A stretch of DNA of 64,000 nucleotides from Verrucomicrobiota bacterium (GTDB lineage: Bacteria; Verrucomicrobiota; Verrucomicrobiia; Limisphaerales; AAA164-E04): the NCBI GenBank assembly GCA_047947115.1, contig CP170459.1, positions 2,688,001 to 2,752,000 of the forward strand, read 5' to 3'. Positions 31,518 to 41,923 of this stretch are shown in pieces (position 1 is the stretch's first letter; each line of letters opens with the position of its first letter). The position numbers and the translations under genes were made by a program. A model generated the notes under the pieces. That model was not told the DNA's origin. It ran no database searches and worked only from the letters and a program-made list of their open reading frames with translations.

Positions 31518-33500
31518 ATGATCAATCTTTTTAATCGAAACCAGAAAGAAGAAATGCCTCCGCCGCCCAAGCCAAGCGGGGACATGCTGGATGTGCTCGT
31601 CGTGGAATCAGATCCGAAGTTTCTCAAAAAGCTGACCACGATGGTGCAAAGCGCCCGGGTGCCTGAGAACGCTTCCTACCTGAACTTGGATACCGCCGAT
31701 TGTTTGCGGAATGCCATAGACAAGATTGAACGGCATCGCTACGACATCATTCTCACTGATGTGAATCTGGCGGACGCTTCCGGATTTCTGGTGTTGGAGG
31801 AGTTGATCGAGTTTGGTAATCGAACGCCCATCATCGTCCTCAGTAATATCACCAATTGGTCGATGATCATCCAGTCGGCGCAGGCGGGGATCAGTGATTT
31901 TCTTTTGAAAAAATCTCTGGATGCCGATGTGCTGATGCGTTCTGTTTTTTATGCCATTGAGCGTAATCGACTGGAACTGAAAGTGACCAGGGCGGAGACA
32001 TCCTATCGTTCCCTGGTCGATATCCTGCCGGTTGGTTTGTTCAGGTCCAACACCATGGGTAAATTTACCTATGTCAACAACGTCTTCGCCAATCTGGTGG
32101 ACCGGACTGCCGAGTCGCTGGAAGGGGTGGAGTTCAACAAGGTTTTCCATGGAGAATGTTCGGCAAAATTAAAGCAAACACTTTCCAAGGTCATCACCAG
32201 CAATACGACGGTTGAAGTCGAATTGCCCGTCGACAAGGATGGGAGCCATCAACGCACTCTGCTGTGCGTGGCAACGCCACTCTATGATCAATATGGAAAG
32301 ATCGAAGGCGTTCAAAGTGTCCTGCTGGATGTGACCAATCAGAAGCAGATACAAGCCGACAAAGAAGCATCCAACACCCTTGGCGCTTTGCAGTCTGGCT
32401 TGTCCACGATGGCAAATGAATTAAACAACGCTCTGGCTCCAATTTTGTTGGATGCAGAGAATCTCAGGGATTCCGATTTATCTGGTATTCCCAAAGACAC
32501 CATCGACCGGATTGAAAGTTCCGTTCAAAAGGCCAGAAGTGTGTTGAGGCCTTTCCTGGTTTCCACTCAGAAAGTGGGGCCGCGTTCAGAGTTGCTGGAT
32601 GCTTACAAGATTATCCTGCACAGCTTGGCCGATGTTAAGAATGGATTGCCCGCTTACCTCAAGTTGGAGACAAGTTTGCCGGAGCGGTTGAAGTCTGTTC
32701 AAGGAGATGCTTCCTTATTGCACAAGATGTTGGTCAACGTCATGAAAAATGCCGCGGAATCCATGACCCATACGGGGTTGATTTCCGTCGGGGCCGGTCT
32801 GGAATTGCTGGATGCCACATCTGATGCTTGTCTTTCTCTGGATTTGAAACCGGGTGAGTATTTGCATATCACCATCAGGGATCAAGGGCAGGGCATTGCG
32901 CCACATTTGGTACAACGTGTGTTTGAGCCCTTCTATACGACCAAGGAGGAACCTCATACCGGGGTGGGATTGACTGAGACATTGGGTATAGTCAAGAGCC
33001 ATCACGGAAACCTGAGGCTGGTGAGCGAGCCTTCCAAGGGGACGAATTTCCACATCTACCTTCCTGTGACTGATACCAAGACTCGTCCGGCAGCCAAGAA
33101 CAAGGATATTGTGCCAGCTCTTCAAAGTGCAAACGGCAAGAATCTGATACTGTTTGCTGATGACGAGGACAACATCATCAAATCAGTCACCATGTTGTTG
33201 CGCCACAAGGGTTACAAGGTTATTTCAGCGTCCAACGGCGCGGAAGCACTGTCGAAGTTCAGCGAACATCAGGCGGAGATAGGATTGGTGATTACCGACT
33301 TTGCCATGCCGGTGATGGATGGTCCAGCCCTGATCAGGGCCATTCGGCAGATATCTCCGAGTGTCAGCATTGTGCTCTGCACAGGGATGGAAATGCAGGA
33401 TACCTGTGATGAGATTAGTGGACTGGACATCAATGGTACGATTTTCAAACCATTCAGTGCCGCGACATTGGCGGAGATAGTTGCAACCCATTTGAGTTGA
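31518..33500 (+). CDS. Hybrid sensor kinase-like protein (REC-PAS-HisKA-HATPase-REC) with degenerate H-box
   Basis: N-terminal REC (ILTDVNL), PAS, MANELNNAL, NVMKNAAES, DQGQGI, FEPFYTTK, C-terminal REC (VITDFAMPVMDG). Confidence 0.85.
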   Translation: MINLFNRNQKEEMPPPPKPSGDMLDVLVVESDPKFLKKLTTMVQSARVPENASYLNLDTADCLRNAIDKIERHRYDIILTDVNLADASGFLVLEELIEFGNRTPIIVLSNITNWSMIIQSAQAGISDFLLKKSLDADVLMRSVFYAIERNRLELKVTRAETSYRSLVDILPVGLFRSNTMGKFTYVNNVFANLVDRTAESLEGVEFNKVFHGECSAKLKQTLSKVITSNTTVEVELPVDKDGSHQRTLLCVATPLYDQYGKIEGVQSVLLDVTNQKQIQADKEASNTLGALQSGLSTMANELNNALAPILLDAENLRDSDLSGIPKDTIDRIESSVQKARSVLRPFLVSTQKVGPRSELLDAYKIILHSLADVKNGLPAYLKLETSLPERLKSVQGDASLLHKMLVNVMKNAAESMTHTGLISVGAGLELLDATSDACLSLDLKPGEYLHITIRDQGQGIAPHLVQRVFEPFYTTKEEPHTGVGLTETLGIVKSHHGNLRLVSEPSKGTNFHIYLPVTDTKTRPAAKNKDIVPALQSANGKNLILFADDEDNIIKSVTMLLRHKGYKVISASNGAEALSKFSEHQAEIGLVITDFAMPVMDGPALIRAIRQISPSVSIVLCTGMEMQDTCDEISGLDINGTIFKPFSAATLAEIVATHLS

Positions 33501-33529
33501 AAATTCCCTGGCCCAATCCAGGTTGGGAG

Positions 33530-35784
33530 TCAATCTTCCATCATGCAAAGCAGGCAGGGGATGACAAGGCAGGTGGCGGCGAGTGCGATCAGAAACGTCA
33601 TCGCACAGAGGCTCCCAAACTGAGCCAAAGGCGGAAAGGATGATCCGCTAAAGACGGCAAAGGTGAAGACCAGGATCAGACTTGTAAAAACAATGGGGCG
33701 TCCTTTAACGCTTAAGGTTTCTTCCAGTGCTTTGCTCGGCGGTATTCCAGCAGAATGCATGCGTTGCCAGTAGGCGATAAAATGTACGGCATCGTCGATG
33801 GCGATGCCGAAAGCCATGGCTCCGATCATGACGGTAAAGGTATTGAATGGGATATTCAGCCATCCTGCGGCACCCACCACCAGGATGACTGAGCCCAGGT
33901 TGACGATGACAGCGATCAACCCCAGTTTGACGGATCTCCACAAAAGGACGAGCAGCATCAGGACAATTACGGCCGTCCAGACACTGGATTTGGCAAGACT
34001 CCGCACCATGCGATGGTCTGATTCCATGACTTGGTACAAACCGTCCGTCACGTTTAATTGACATTCCTCAGGCAGTTTTTTTTCAGCGATTTCCACGATG
34101 TCCCGTATCAACTGGACATATTGACTGCCAGGCATGTTCGGTGTGCGAATGATGAGAAACGACCTTTGGAATTCACGATCGGCGAGTGCCTGCATGAACG
34201 GGTAGTTCTGCATTTTCAATACGGTGGCAAAAGTGCCCATCACCAGATCTGATTTGGGGAGTTGGAAAGAGCCGGGAGCTTCCATTTCCCAGATTTGATT
34301 CATCATGGCCAGCAGTTGGGCGTAGGAATAAACACCTGTGACACCCGGTTTGGATGCTGCCTCAGTCTGGAGTTGCTCCAAATAGTTCAATACTTGGCGG
34401 CGATGAAGACCGTTGGGTTTTCCTGTGTCCACCTCCATTTGAAAGATGTTGGCACCCCCGTAAATGTTGTCAAAATGCTCCAAACCTTTGCGCGTTTCAG
34501 TTTCAGGGTTTAAAAACGATTTAATGCGAATATCGATCGATAAATGTTGAATGCCCCACGCTCCCGCTATGACAAGTAAGGCACAAAGCGGAAGGAACCA
34601 GTTTCGATGATTGAGAATGAGTGACAGGAATGGGGGGGGGGCTGTGAAGTTGAGTCAAAGTGGAGGCGACCGTTTTCTCGCTGGGAAAGGTTTGTAGGGA
34701 AAAGGAAATTCATCAAAACCATCCCGGGACCGAACGTGGCAAGATAAATCAATGCCACACCAGTCGCTCCCATCAAGCCGATCTCAGCAATGAAGGGGAC
34801 TTCGCTGCCGGCGAGTGAACCGATGCCCACCATGGTGGTCAGGATGGCAAACGAGGCCGATCTGAAGATGCGGGCGATGCCCGTTTGCACTGGATCCAAC
34901 GTTCCTTGGCGCAAGCATTGCTGGCATGAAGAGATGCAGTGCATGAGGAGGGTCCATTGAATCGTGGCCCAAAAAGGAAGCAACAGCCAGGCGCTCAATG
35001 GGATTCCAGTGCCTGTAAGGGAGAGAACGGCCATCCCCAATAAAAGGCAAAGCACCGATTGAATCAGCATGAACAGCATCAGGCGTAATGAACGTGTGAA
35101 TACCATCAGCATGAGCGTGATGCCGAGTGCCAGGGTCGGAAGCATCCATCGAATATCTTGTCTCAATGATTGCCGCACTTCGTGCTCCGCAAGTGGTAGA
35201 GCGAGATACTTGAACTGGAATCCCCGCTGTGTCCATGGATTTAACAATGCTTTCAGTCTGGGCAGCAGGTTCGTCTGCTGATGCCGGTTCAGCGATTCCC
35301 CGAAGGTGACATTGATCAAAGTATCGCGACCATTCGCAGAAACCATGACATTGCGAATGAGTGGATTGTTGAGGGAATAATCCTCCAGTTTTTTCAAGCC
35401 GGCTTTGTCCAGGCTGTTCGTAGTGGCCAGAGGGACCATTTGAAAACTGAATCCGGAACGGATTGGCTTATAGGAATGCGTCAGGCTCTTGATATCGGAT
35501 GCGCCTTCCAGGGACATGAGGGTCTCGCTTACTTCGTGCAGAGCAGTGAGTCCTTCAGGAGAGAATACACCTTTTGGACATTCCATGCTGACGACCAGCA
35601 CGTCCTGGTTGTTCAGGATCCCCCGTAATTTTGAGAAGGTTTCCTGCTGGCGTTGGTCAGTTTCAAGAAGTTTGTCTGCCTGAGGGGCAAATTGAATTTT
35701 CTTTGCCTCAAAGAACACAGGGATCAAGCAGATCAACAGGACCCACCCCATGCTCTTGGGAAACTTGAGAAACGGGTTGATCAT
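33530..35784 (-). pseudogene. MMPL/RND-family transporter split by a frameshift at a G10 tract
   Basis: ORFs 34567..35784 and 33530..34483 are the two halves of an MMPL protein (GIAIDDAVHF, GRPIVFTS). The second frame is open back to the homopolymer at 34632-34641. Confidence 0.75.
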
Positions 35785-35835
35785 GTTTTTGAATGCATCC
35801 GGTGTTTTAGTGGAAAGGGTGGGACGCCCAATGGG

Positions 35836-36912
35836 TCAATGCTTCGCCGGTGGCCACGGCAGGTCGCCGGCCACGGCCGTTTTCATGCTCCATAAATGGC
35901 CTCCTGCCGTGATGTAAAGCGTTTTCAAATCATCTCCTCCAAAGGCGCAGTTGGTGACCTCATCATTGGGGATGGATACCTGATCCAACAAGTCACCCCT
36001 CGCCGAAAAAACATAAATGCCAGCGGGATGGGGATCCCTGGTCTCGTGGGGTGGGTGATCCTTGTTCAGGCCTGCTGCCACGTAAACACGGCCAAGCACA
36101 TCCTGGGTCATGCCATCCGGACCTCGGGATGTTTTCCAGTCGAAGATCAGTTTTTGACTTCGGAGATTGAGTGTTCCATCTGATTTGAATTTAAACTGCC
36201 ACAGTTTACGTGCTCCCTGATGTGTATTGTTGTTATTATCTGCCACGTAAAGGTATTTACCGTCTCGCGAAACAAGTACACCGTTCGGGCGGTCGACTTC
36301 ATGGGTGATGACCCGGGTGACGCTGCCATCGAGCTGGATGCAGTAGACCCCTTCTACCAGGTTTCCATCTCCATCCCTCATTTCCATGCTGGATCGGTCC
36401 CCGTACCGGGGATCGGAAAAGTATATCCTGCCGGCTTCGTCCACAGTGATGTCATTGGGTGTGTTGTAGCGTGCACCCTGATAATTGGTCGTGAGAACGG
36501 TCAGTGTGCCGTCCAATTCCTGTCGGGTGACTCGACGTTGCGCCGGTTCGCAGGCCAGCAGTCGACCATGATGGTCGAACAGCAATCCATTGGTCCCGGC
36601 ATTTTCCCGGTGGACCGCAATGCTTCTGGAGAGTTGCCAGCGTTGAATGTTTTGATTGCCACTGAAGAGCAATCCCAACTCCGGGTGCCAGGCGGGACCC
36701 TCGCCCGCTCCTTCTGTGAGCCATTCAACCGGGGTCGCATGGTGAGCCCAGATGGGAGTTTGTTTGTCGGGGAGCGTCCTGCACCCCGATTGGATCAGCA
36801 ACACAGCGATGCACAACAAGCCTGCCATACATCGGCTCGTCGATAATAGAAAATACGATGCGGCAGGATGGTTGGGTAAGTGCCGGTGCAACTGCTCGTC
36901 ATGGGTGCGCAT
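35836..36912 (-). CDS. SMP-30/gluconolactonase/LRE family lipoprotein
   Basis: GEGPAW, NTPNDI, YFSDP, RPNGV, GPDGMT, TNCAFGGDDLKTLYIT; lipobox-like QSGC. True start may be 36828. Confidence 0.9.
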   Translation of the reverse strand: MRTHDEQLHRHLPNHPAASYFLLSTSRCMAGLLCIAVLLIQSGCRTLPDKQTPIWAHHATPVEWLTEGAGEGPAWHPELGLLFSGNQNIQRWQLSRSIAVHRENAGTNGLLFDHHGRLLACEPAQRRVTRQELDGTLTVLTTNYQGARYNTPNDITVDEAGRIYFSDPRYGDRSSMEMRDGDGNLVEGVYCIQLDGSVTRVITHEVDRPNGVLVSRDGKYLYVADNNNNTHQGARKLWQFKFKSDGTLNLRSQKLIFDWKTSRGPDGMTQDVLGRVYVAAGLNKDHPPHETRDPHPAGIYVFSARGDLLDQVSIPNDEVTNCAFGGDDLKTLYITAGGHLWSMKTAVAGDLPWPPAKH

Positions 36913-37044
36913 GAACCCATGTTACCTTCAGGTTGTTCCGTTCGCAAGAGTCCGTTGTAGCTGGGGAAATCACGTCGTCCGGCAGTGTTTGGGGTGCTTC
37001 TGTGTTTTTGTGTGGATGCGTCAGTTACTTATTCCTTCATTCCG

Positions 37045-37809
37045 CTACCACTCCCCACCTCTGGAAAATTTCTGGTGGGCGGCTTTGCTGAACTGAATGG
37101 AAGCTTCGTCTATGCTCCTCAGAATTTCTTCATTGGTGAGTCCGGTGCATGAACGCGCTGCGTCAATGACTGTGTCGCACTCATTGTTATCCATGAAACG
37201 TGCCGCTTCGAGGACCCGTTTCTCATCTTCGCGGGGGATGGCCAGGAATCCGTGTTTGTCAGCATGAATCAATTGACCTGGTTGGATGGTTTGACCGAAA
37301 ACTTCTACAGTACCGCCCCAGGCAACCGGCCAGGCATAGGCGTGTCCGATGCACAATCTTCGTGCCAGCGCCTTGAAACCACTGTTGGTCATTTCATCCA
37401 GATCTCTGATGGCTCCGTCTGTGATGGTTCCGATGCATCCAAGGGCCTTGTGCACATTGGCATTGACTTCGCCCCAGAACGAACCAATGACGTCGGGTTT
37501 GTCCAGATCCTGAACGATGACGATCTTGGGGCCGGGTTGGCTTGCGATATATTCCCGGTAAGCTCTCCAGGCTCCTTGACGCGCATGGGGGTGTTCAGGT
37601 TCGGATGGTTCGATGACCAACGTTACCGCATACCCTACCATTGGCCCCATTGAGGGCATGAAATCGGTGGTTTCTTCCAGATTGATTCCGTCTCGTGTCC
37701 GGTCGAGCCGGGTTATTTGTTCCCATCCATTGTAGATGGTCGGTGTGTTCCACCTTTTCAATTGCAGTAATTCCGAATGGCTCAGCCTGACTTCTTGTGC
37801 GTCTTGCAT
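37045..37809 (-). CDS. RraA/HMG aldolase family protein
   Basis: PMVGYAVT, FWGEVNA, TDGAIRDLDE, PGQLIHADKHG. Confidence 0.88.
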   Translation of the reverse strand: MQDAQEVRLSHSELLQLKRWNTPTIYNGWEQITRLDRTRDGINLEETTDFMPSMGPMVGYAVTLVIEPSEPEHPHARQGAWRAYREYIASQPGPKIVIVQDLDKPDVIGSFWGEVNANVHKALGCIGTITDGAIRDLDEMTNSGFKALARRLCIGHAYAWPVAWGGTVEVFGQTIQPGQLIHADKHGFLAIPREDEKRVLEAARFMDNNECDTVIDAARSCTGLTNEEILRSIDEASIQFSKAAHQKFSRGGEW

Positions 37810-37832
37810 ATTAAAAGTAACTCCCGTGTTTG

Positions 37833-38666
37833 TTAAATCACCAGATTTTCTTCCGATACCGCTGAGGTGTCATCCCCCAGAATTGTTTTCATTTCCTTGA
37901 TTTCCTGTCGCAGTGCCCGGGTGAACAGATAAAGGTCATTGCTGCGAACAATAAAGTTTTCCCCATCCCTGGCCCATTTGGCATGGAGTTGAGGATCTTC
38001 ACAAAAGTGGTTCCCTGCGATCAATCCTTTCGATCTTGCTTTGGTGATGATGGTGCGGATGGCATTATGGAAATCCGGGTGATCGTATTGTTCCGGAATC
38101 CCAAGACTGCAAGACAGGTCGTGCGGTCCGATCAGCACACCATCGAGCCCTGGAACCGAGAGTATCTCATCCAGATTTTCAATGGCCGGTCGGCTTTCGA
38201 TGTTGATTAACAAGAAATGATTGCGGTTTTTGGTTTCGAGATATGCGTTCAGATTGGGTTCCAGAGGAGTTCCTGTGTTCAGGAAGTGATCCAACCGCTT
38301 GCCTTTCAAAGGGCGCCATTTGACGGCTCCGACCAATGCTCGAACCTGATCAGGAGATTCAATATAAGGGGCGATTAGCCCAACGGCACCTCCGTCCAGC
38401 ACCTGGCAGGCTTCGTAGGGATCAGGGCTTGGGATGCGAACCACGGGGGGGAGTCCCAATGCAGCATACGTCCGGCACATCCATGATAATTCGGTTCGAT
38501 GAAGGGCGATGTGCTCGGTGTCGATGAATACAAAATCTATCCCTGTTTTGGCAACCAGCGGAGGCCATAGAGGCGATGCTGTCAGGATTGCTGTGCCGTA
38601 AGCGCGTTTCCCTTCAGCCAGGTGTTGTTTGAGTTTGAAACCATCCATTTTGCGAGCTGCGATCAT
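37833..38666 (-). CDS. HpcH/HpaI aldolase family protein
   Basis: DFVFIDTEH, VRIP, LDGGAVG, NIES...IGPHDLS. Confidence 0.9.
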   Translation of the reverse strand: MIAARKMDGFKLKQHLAEGKRAYGTAILTASPLWPPLVAKTGIDFVFIDTEHIALHRTELSWMCRTYAALGLPPVVRIPSPDPYEACQVLDGGAVGLIAPYIESPDQVRALVGAVKWRPLKGKRLDHFLNTGTPLEPNLNAYLETKNRNHFLLINIESRPAIENLDEILSVPGLDGVLIGPHDLSCSLGIPEQYDHPDFHNAIRTIITKARSKGLIAGNHFCEDPQLHAKWARDGENFIVRSNDLYLFTRALRQEIKEMKTILGDDTSAVSEENLVI

Positions 38667-38838
38667 GATGGTTATTGGGCTGCTTGTCTATCTGGAAAAC
38701 GGCGGGCCCCTACCATGATCCATTTCGTTTTCGCCACAGTGATGATGGTTTGTTCGCAATGGTTGAAAATAAACAGGTTATTCAGGTTGTTCAATTCTGT
38801 AACTATTTAAAAATGAATTAAAATCATTTAAAAAGAGG

Positions 38839-38896
38839 CAGAATGACTCATTAAATCAAAATGACTCAGTAAATGCGTCAAAAGTAGTCATTAAAT
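38839..38896. promoter_or_regulatory. Three tandem 18-bp repeats in the AT-rich region upstream of hsp20 (putative regulator-binding sites)
   Basis: CAGAATGACTCATTAAAT (38839-38856), CAAAATGACTCAGTAAAT (38857-38874), CAAAAGTAGTCATTAAAT (38879-38896). Confidence 0.55.
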
Positions 38897-39086
38897 TCAA
38901 TGGAAATATGATTGGAAATTTGTAAACCATTAATAATAAGCAAAAATTGAATAAATAAAAAACGGGTACAAAACCTGATAGATGTATGGAGTAATGAGCA
39001 TCGAGCAGGGAGTCCTGCTCTGAAAGAAAAGGCAAGGGCCTTTCGCAATGACAAAACTTATAAACAACAAGAAAGGATACATTATT

Positions 39087-39551
39087 ATGAACACACTCAC
39101 ATTGTTTGATCGCAAATGGAACCCATTCAAAGAAATGGAAGACTTACAGAACAGACTGAACCATTACTTTGGAACACCGACCCCAACCCGCACAGCTGAT
39201 GAAGAGTCCATGGCGCCAGCACGTTGGGCTCCTTTGGTGGATATCGTTGAGGATGAGAAGGAATACTTGATCAAGGCTGAATTACCGGAAATCAAAAAAG
39301 ACGATATTTCGGTCAAGGTTGAAAAAGGCGTCCTTTCGATAGCCGGTGAACGCAAATTCGAGAAAGAAGAAAAGGACAAGAAATATCATCGAGTTGAAAG
39401 GTCTTACGGTCACTTCACTCGAACCTTCAGTTTCCCTGAAGATGCTGATGCGGATCACGTAAAAGCAGAATTCAAGGATGGCGTCTTGCTGGTTCATCTT
39501 CCGAAAGCAGAGAAGGCGAAGCCTAAGCAGATCGAAGTGAGCGTTGCCTGA
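39087..39551 (+). CDS. Hsp20/alpha-crystallin small heat shock protein
   Basis: WAPLVDIVED, AELPE, GVLSIAGER, ERSYGHFTRTF, FKDGVLLVHLPK; SD-like AAGGA upstream. Confidence 0.95.
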   Translation: MNTLTLFDRKWNPFKEMEDLQNRLNHYFGTPTPTRTADEESMAPARWAPLVDIVEDEKEYLIKAELPEIKKDDISVKVEKGVLSIAGERKFEKEEKDKKYHRVERSYGHFTRTFSFPEDADADHVKAEFKDGVLLVHLPKAEKAKPKQIEVSVA

Positions 39552-39571
39552 CCAACCCGATTCGAATAAGA

Positions 39572-39613
39572 AAAGCGCGTGATCGGAGCAACCCCTTGCT
39601 GATCACGCGCTTT
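39572..39613. terminator. Probable bidirectional intrinsic terminator
   Basis: AAAGCGCGTGATC ... GATCACGCGCTTT inverted repeat between convergent genes. Confidence 0.75.
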
Positions 39614-39645
39614 GTTTCAAACCGGAGGAAAACCGGGGTTTTCCT

Positions 39646-41001
39646 CTAGGCCATCCAACCCGGTCGATATTCGCGCTGGATGATGTCTGAAATATCCATG
39701 TTCTTTGCCTGCAGACGTGTGCTGTCCCACTCGATCTTACCGCCGACTCTGAGTGCGGCATTCCCCAGCAGGATGGCTTCTGTCATTTGGGAGGCATAAT
39801 CAAAATTCGACATGGCAGGGCGACCTCCACGCATGGCTTCCACCCATTCGTTCTTCATGCCTTGGTCACCTTGACCATTCCGCGGCAGCCAGGGTGACGG
39901 TCCTTCATAGTCCTTAAAGTCGTCTCCTGGCAAGAGTTTCCAGTCAGAACCATAATCATTTGGTGAATAAAGCACCCCTTTGTCACCGACGAGCAATGAA
40001 CCGCTGTTGGTTGGCTTTTCACCGTAAAAGAGGTCGAGAGGAGGGAGATTTTTCTTACCGTCGGGGAATTTTCCTTCGTACCAGTAATAAGAAACCGGCG
40101 GCATGGTGCCACGGGCGCCAAACTCCGTTTTGGTGGTTGCCCAGGCTGGGAAGGTTTCGTTGTTGATGGGACCGTGATTGATGGATTCAACGCTGAGTGG
40201 GTGCCCCAAATTGAGAGCCATGAAGGCCAGGTTGGCGGTGTGACAGCTCATATCCCCAATGGCTCCCGTGCCAAAGTCCAACCAGCCACGCCAGTTAAAG
40301 GGGTGGTAGGAAGGGTGATAAGGTCGGTCCGGCGCCACGCCCAGGAAGAGATACCAATCCACATGATTGGGAACGGGCGGAGTGTCGGTCGGCCTGGTGG
40401 TGATATCTGGAGCCTGGGGCCAGACCGGGCGGTTGGTCCACACATGGACTTCCCTTACCGGTCCTATTGCTCCTGATTGAATCACTTCAACTCCGCGTCT
40501 TAGGCCGTTGGATGCCGTGCCCTGATTGCCCATTTGAGTGGCAACTTTATATTGGCGAGCAACTTGCCCCATTCGGCGTGCTTCATAAATTGAATGGGTG
40601 AGGGGTTTCTGGCAATACACATGTTTGCCAAGGCTCATGGCCATCAACCCGGCAGGAGCGTGCATGTGGTCAGGTGTGCTGATGGTGACCGCATCAATTT
40701 CCGAATGCATTTCTTCCAGCATCTTGCGGAAATCCTTGTAACGCTTGGCACCGGGAAATTTCTCCCCCTTTTCGTTCATCTTGTTCAGATCAATGTCGCA
40801 AAGAGCCACCACGTCTCCAAGGTTTCCGGCCTGATCAATATCCCCTGATCCTTTTCCTCCAATTCCGATCCCCGCAAAAGCGATGCGATCATTGGCTCCG
40901 AAAACACGTTTTGGGAAAAAATTGAAGGAGAAGGCGGTCGCCGCAGCAGTGCCGATAAATGAGCGACGCGACACATACGTTTTGGAGAATTTTTTCGTCA
41001 T
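39646..41001 (-). CDS. Gfo/Idh/MocA oxidoreductase with Tat signal
   Basis: SRRSFI Tat motif, GIGGKG, STPDHMH, HVYCQKPL, QMGNQG, GAIGDMSCH. Confidence 0.92.
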   Translation of the reverse strand: MTKKFSKTYVSRRSFIGTAAATAFSFNFFPKRVFGANDRIAFAGIGIGGKGSGDIDQAGNLGDVVALCDIDLNKMNEKGEKFPGAKRYKDFRKMLEEMHSEIDAVTISTPDHMHAPAGLMAMSLGKHVYCQKPLTHSIYEARRMGQVARQYKVATQMGNQGTASNGLRRGVEVIQSGAIGPVREVHVWTNRPVWPQAPDITTRPTDTPPVPNHVDWYLFLGVAPDRPYHPSYHPFNWRGWLDFGTGAIGDMSCHTANLAFMALNLGHPLSVESINHGPINNETFPAWATTKTEFGARGTMPPVSYYWYEGKFPDGKKNLPPLDLFYGEKPTNSGSLLVGDKGVLYSPNDYGSDWKLLPGDDFKDYEGPSPWLPRNGQGDQGMKNEWVEAMRGGRPAMSNFDYASQMTEAILLGNAALRVGGKIEWDSTRLQAKNMDISDIIQREYRPGWMA

Positions 41002-41221
41002 ATTCTTTTTATCTGAGTTAATGGGCTTTCTCAACTGGAATGGATACGAAACTAAGAAAATAATCCGCGAAAGGCAAGGCTTGTTGTGTGAATAATGAAG
41101 GGCTTCATGTGCTTGGTTTTTCTCTTCGTGACTTTTTTGGAACGAATTTGTTGGACCCATCCGGGCTTGGATTTTATGCTGCTTCCAGCAGTTAACCAAA
41201 AAAAGTAAATCACGCTGAACC

Positions 41222-41923
41222 ATGAAAAAATCACTTGGACGTGGATTGTCACAGTTGATGCGGGAGAACGCGCCGGAGGAGACGGTATCCAAGCTCTCAA
41301 GAGCGGCGTCTGCGCCTGAAGGCGGTCCCTCAGAGCGCCGCTCAGGTGTGTCCCGATTGATGCAGGGGCGTGATGAAACCAGACCTTCAAAACCGGAACC
41401 CATCCATCACGAAAATCCGTTCCAATCCTCTGAGAGTCGCCAGACCGAATTTTCAGTGCGCAGGGTACCTGACTGGATTTTTTACCTGGGAGATCTGGTG
41501 CTGCTTTCTGCCGTGGTCTGGATGGTAATTCTCAACCCTACCGCCCCTACCTGGGTTGAGTGGACTACCAGTTTGCTATTGACGATTGTTGCCGCCTTGA
41601 TGGGGATCTATCCGTGGGCCAGAAACGTCCTGGGAAATGACTCGATCAATCAGGGAGATGAAGTTCCCCAATGGAGTCTTGCTCACAAGTTGCTGCCGGA
41701 TGGCACTGAAAAAGTTTATGTGATTCATCTTCACGAACCTTTCACAGCTGTGGAAATTACCGAAACAACATGGAGTGGCGTTCAACCCAAACCTATCTGG
41801 TTGTCCGGTGCTCCGGATATTTCACCTGAGCATATGAAACGCCTGCTGCTGGGAGCTGCTGAATACTATAAGCAACAGTGCTCCAAGAACGATAGCCATA
41901 ACTCGGCTGTCAGTGCAGCCTGA
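41222..41923 (+). CDS. Hypothetical membrane protein with ParB-like N-terminal peptide
   Basis: MKKSLGRGLSQLM, polar linker, two TM helices, small C-terminal domain. Confidence 0.65.
   Translation: MKKSLGRGLSQLMRENAPEETVSKLSRAASAPEGGPSERRSGVSRLMQGRDETRPSKPEPIHHENPFQSSESRQTEFSVRRVPDWIFYLGDLVLLSAVVWMVILNPTAPTWVEWTTSLLLTIVAALMGIYPWARNVLGNDSINQGDEVPQWSLAHKLLPDGTEKVYVIHLHEPFTAVEITETTWSGVQPKPIWLSGAPDISPEHMKRLLLGAAEYYKQQCSKNDSHNSAVSAA

Noticed and set aside
39025..39050. Sigma54 promoter for hsp20 (GGCAAGGGCCTTTCGC)
   Set aside because: The GG-to-GC spacing is 12 rather than the required 10.
41002..41403. N-terminal extension of the 585-aa oxidoreductase ORF
   Set aside because: It overlaps the opposite-strand gene at 41222; the Tat motif places the start at 41001.
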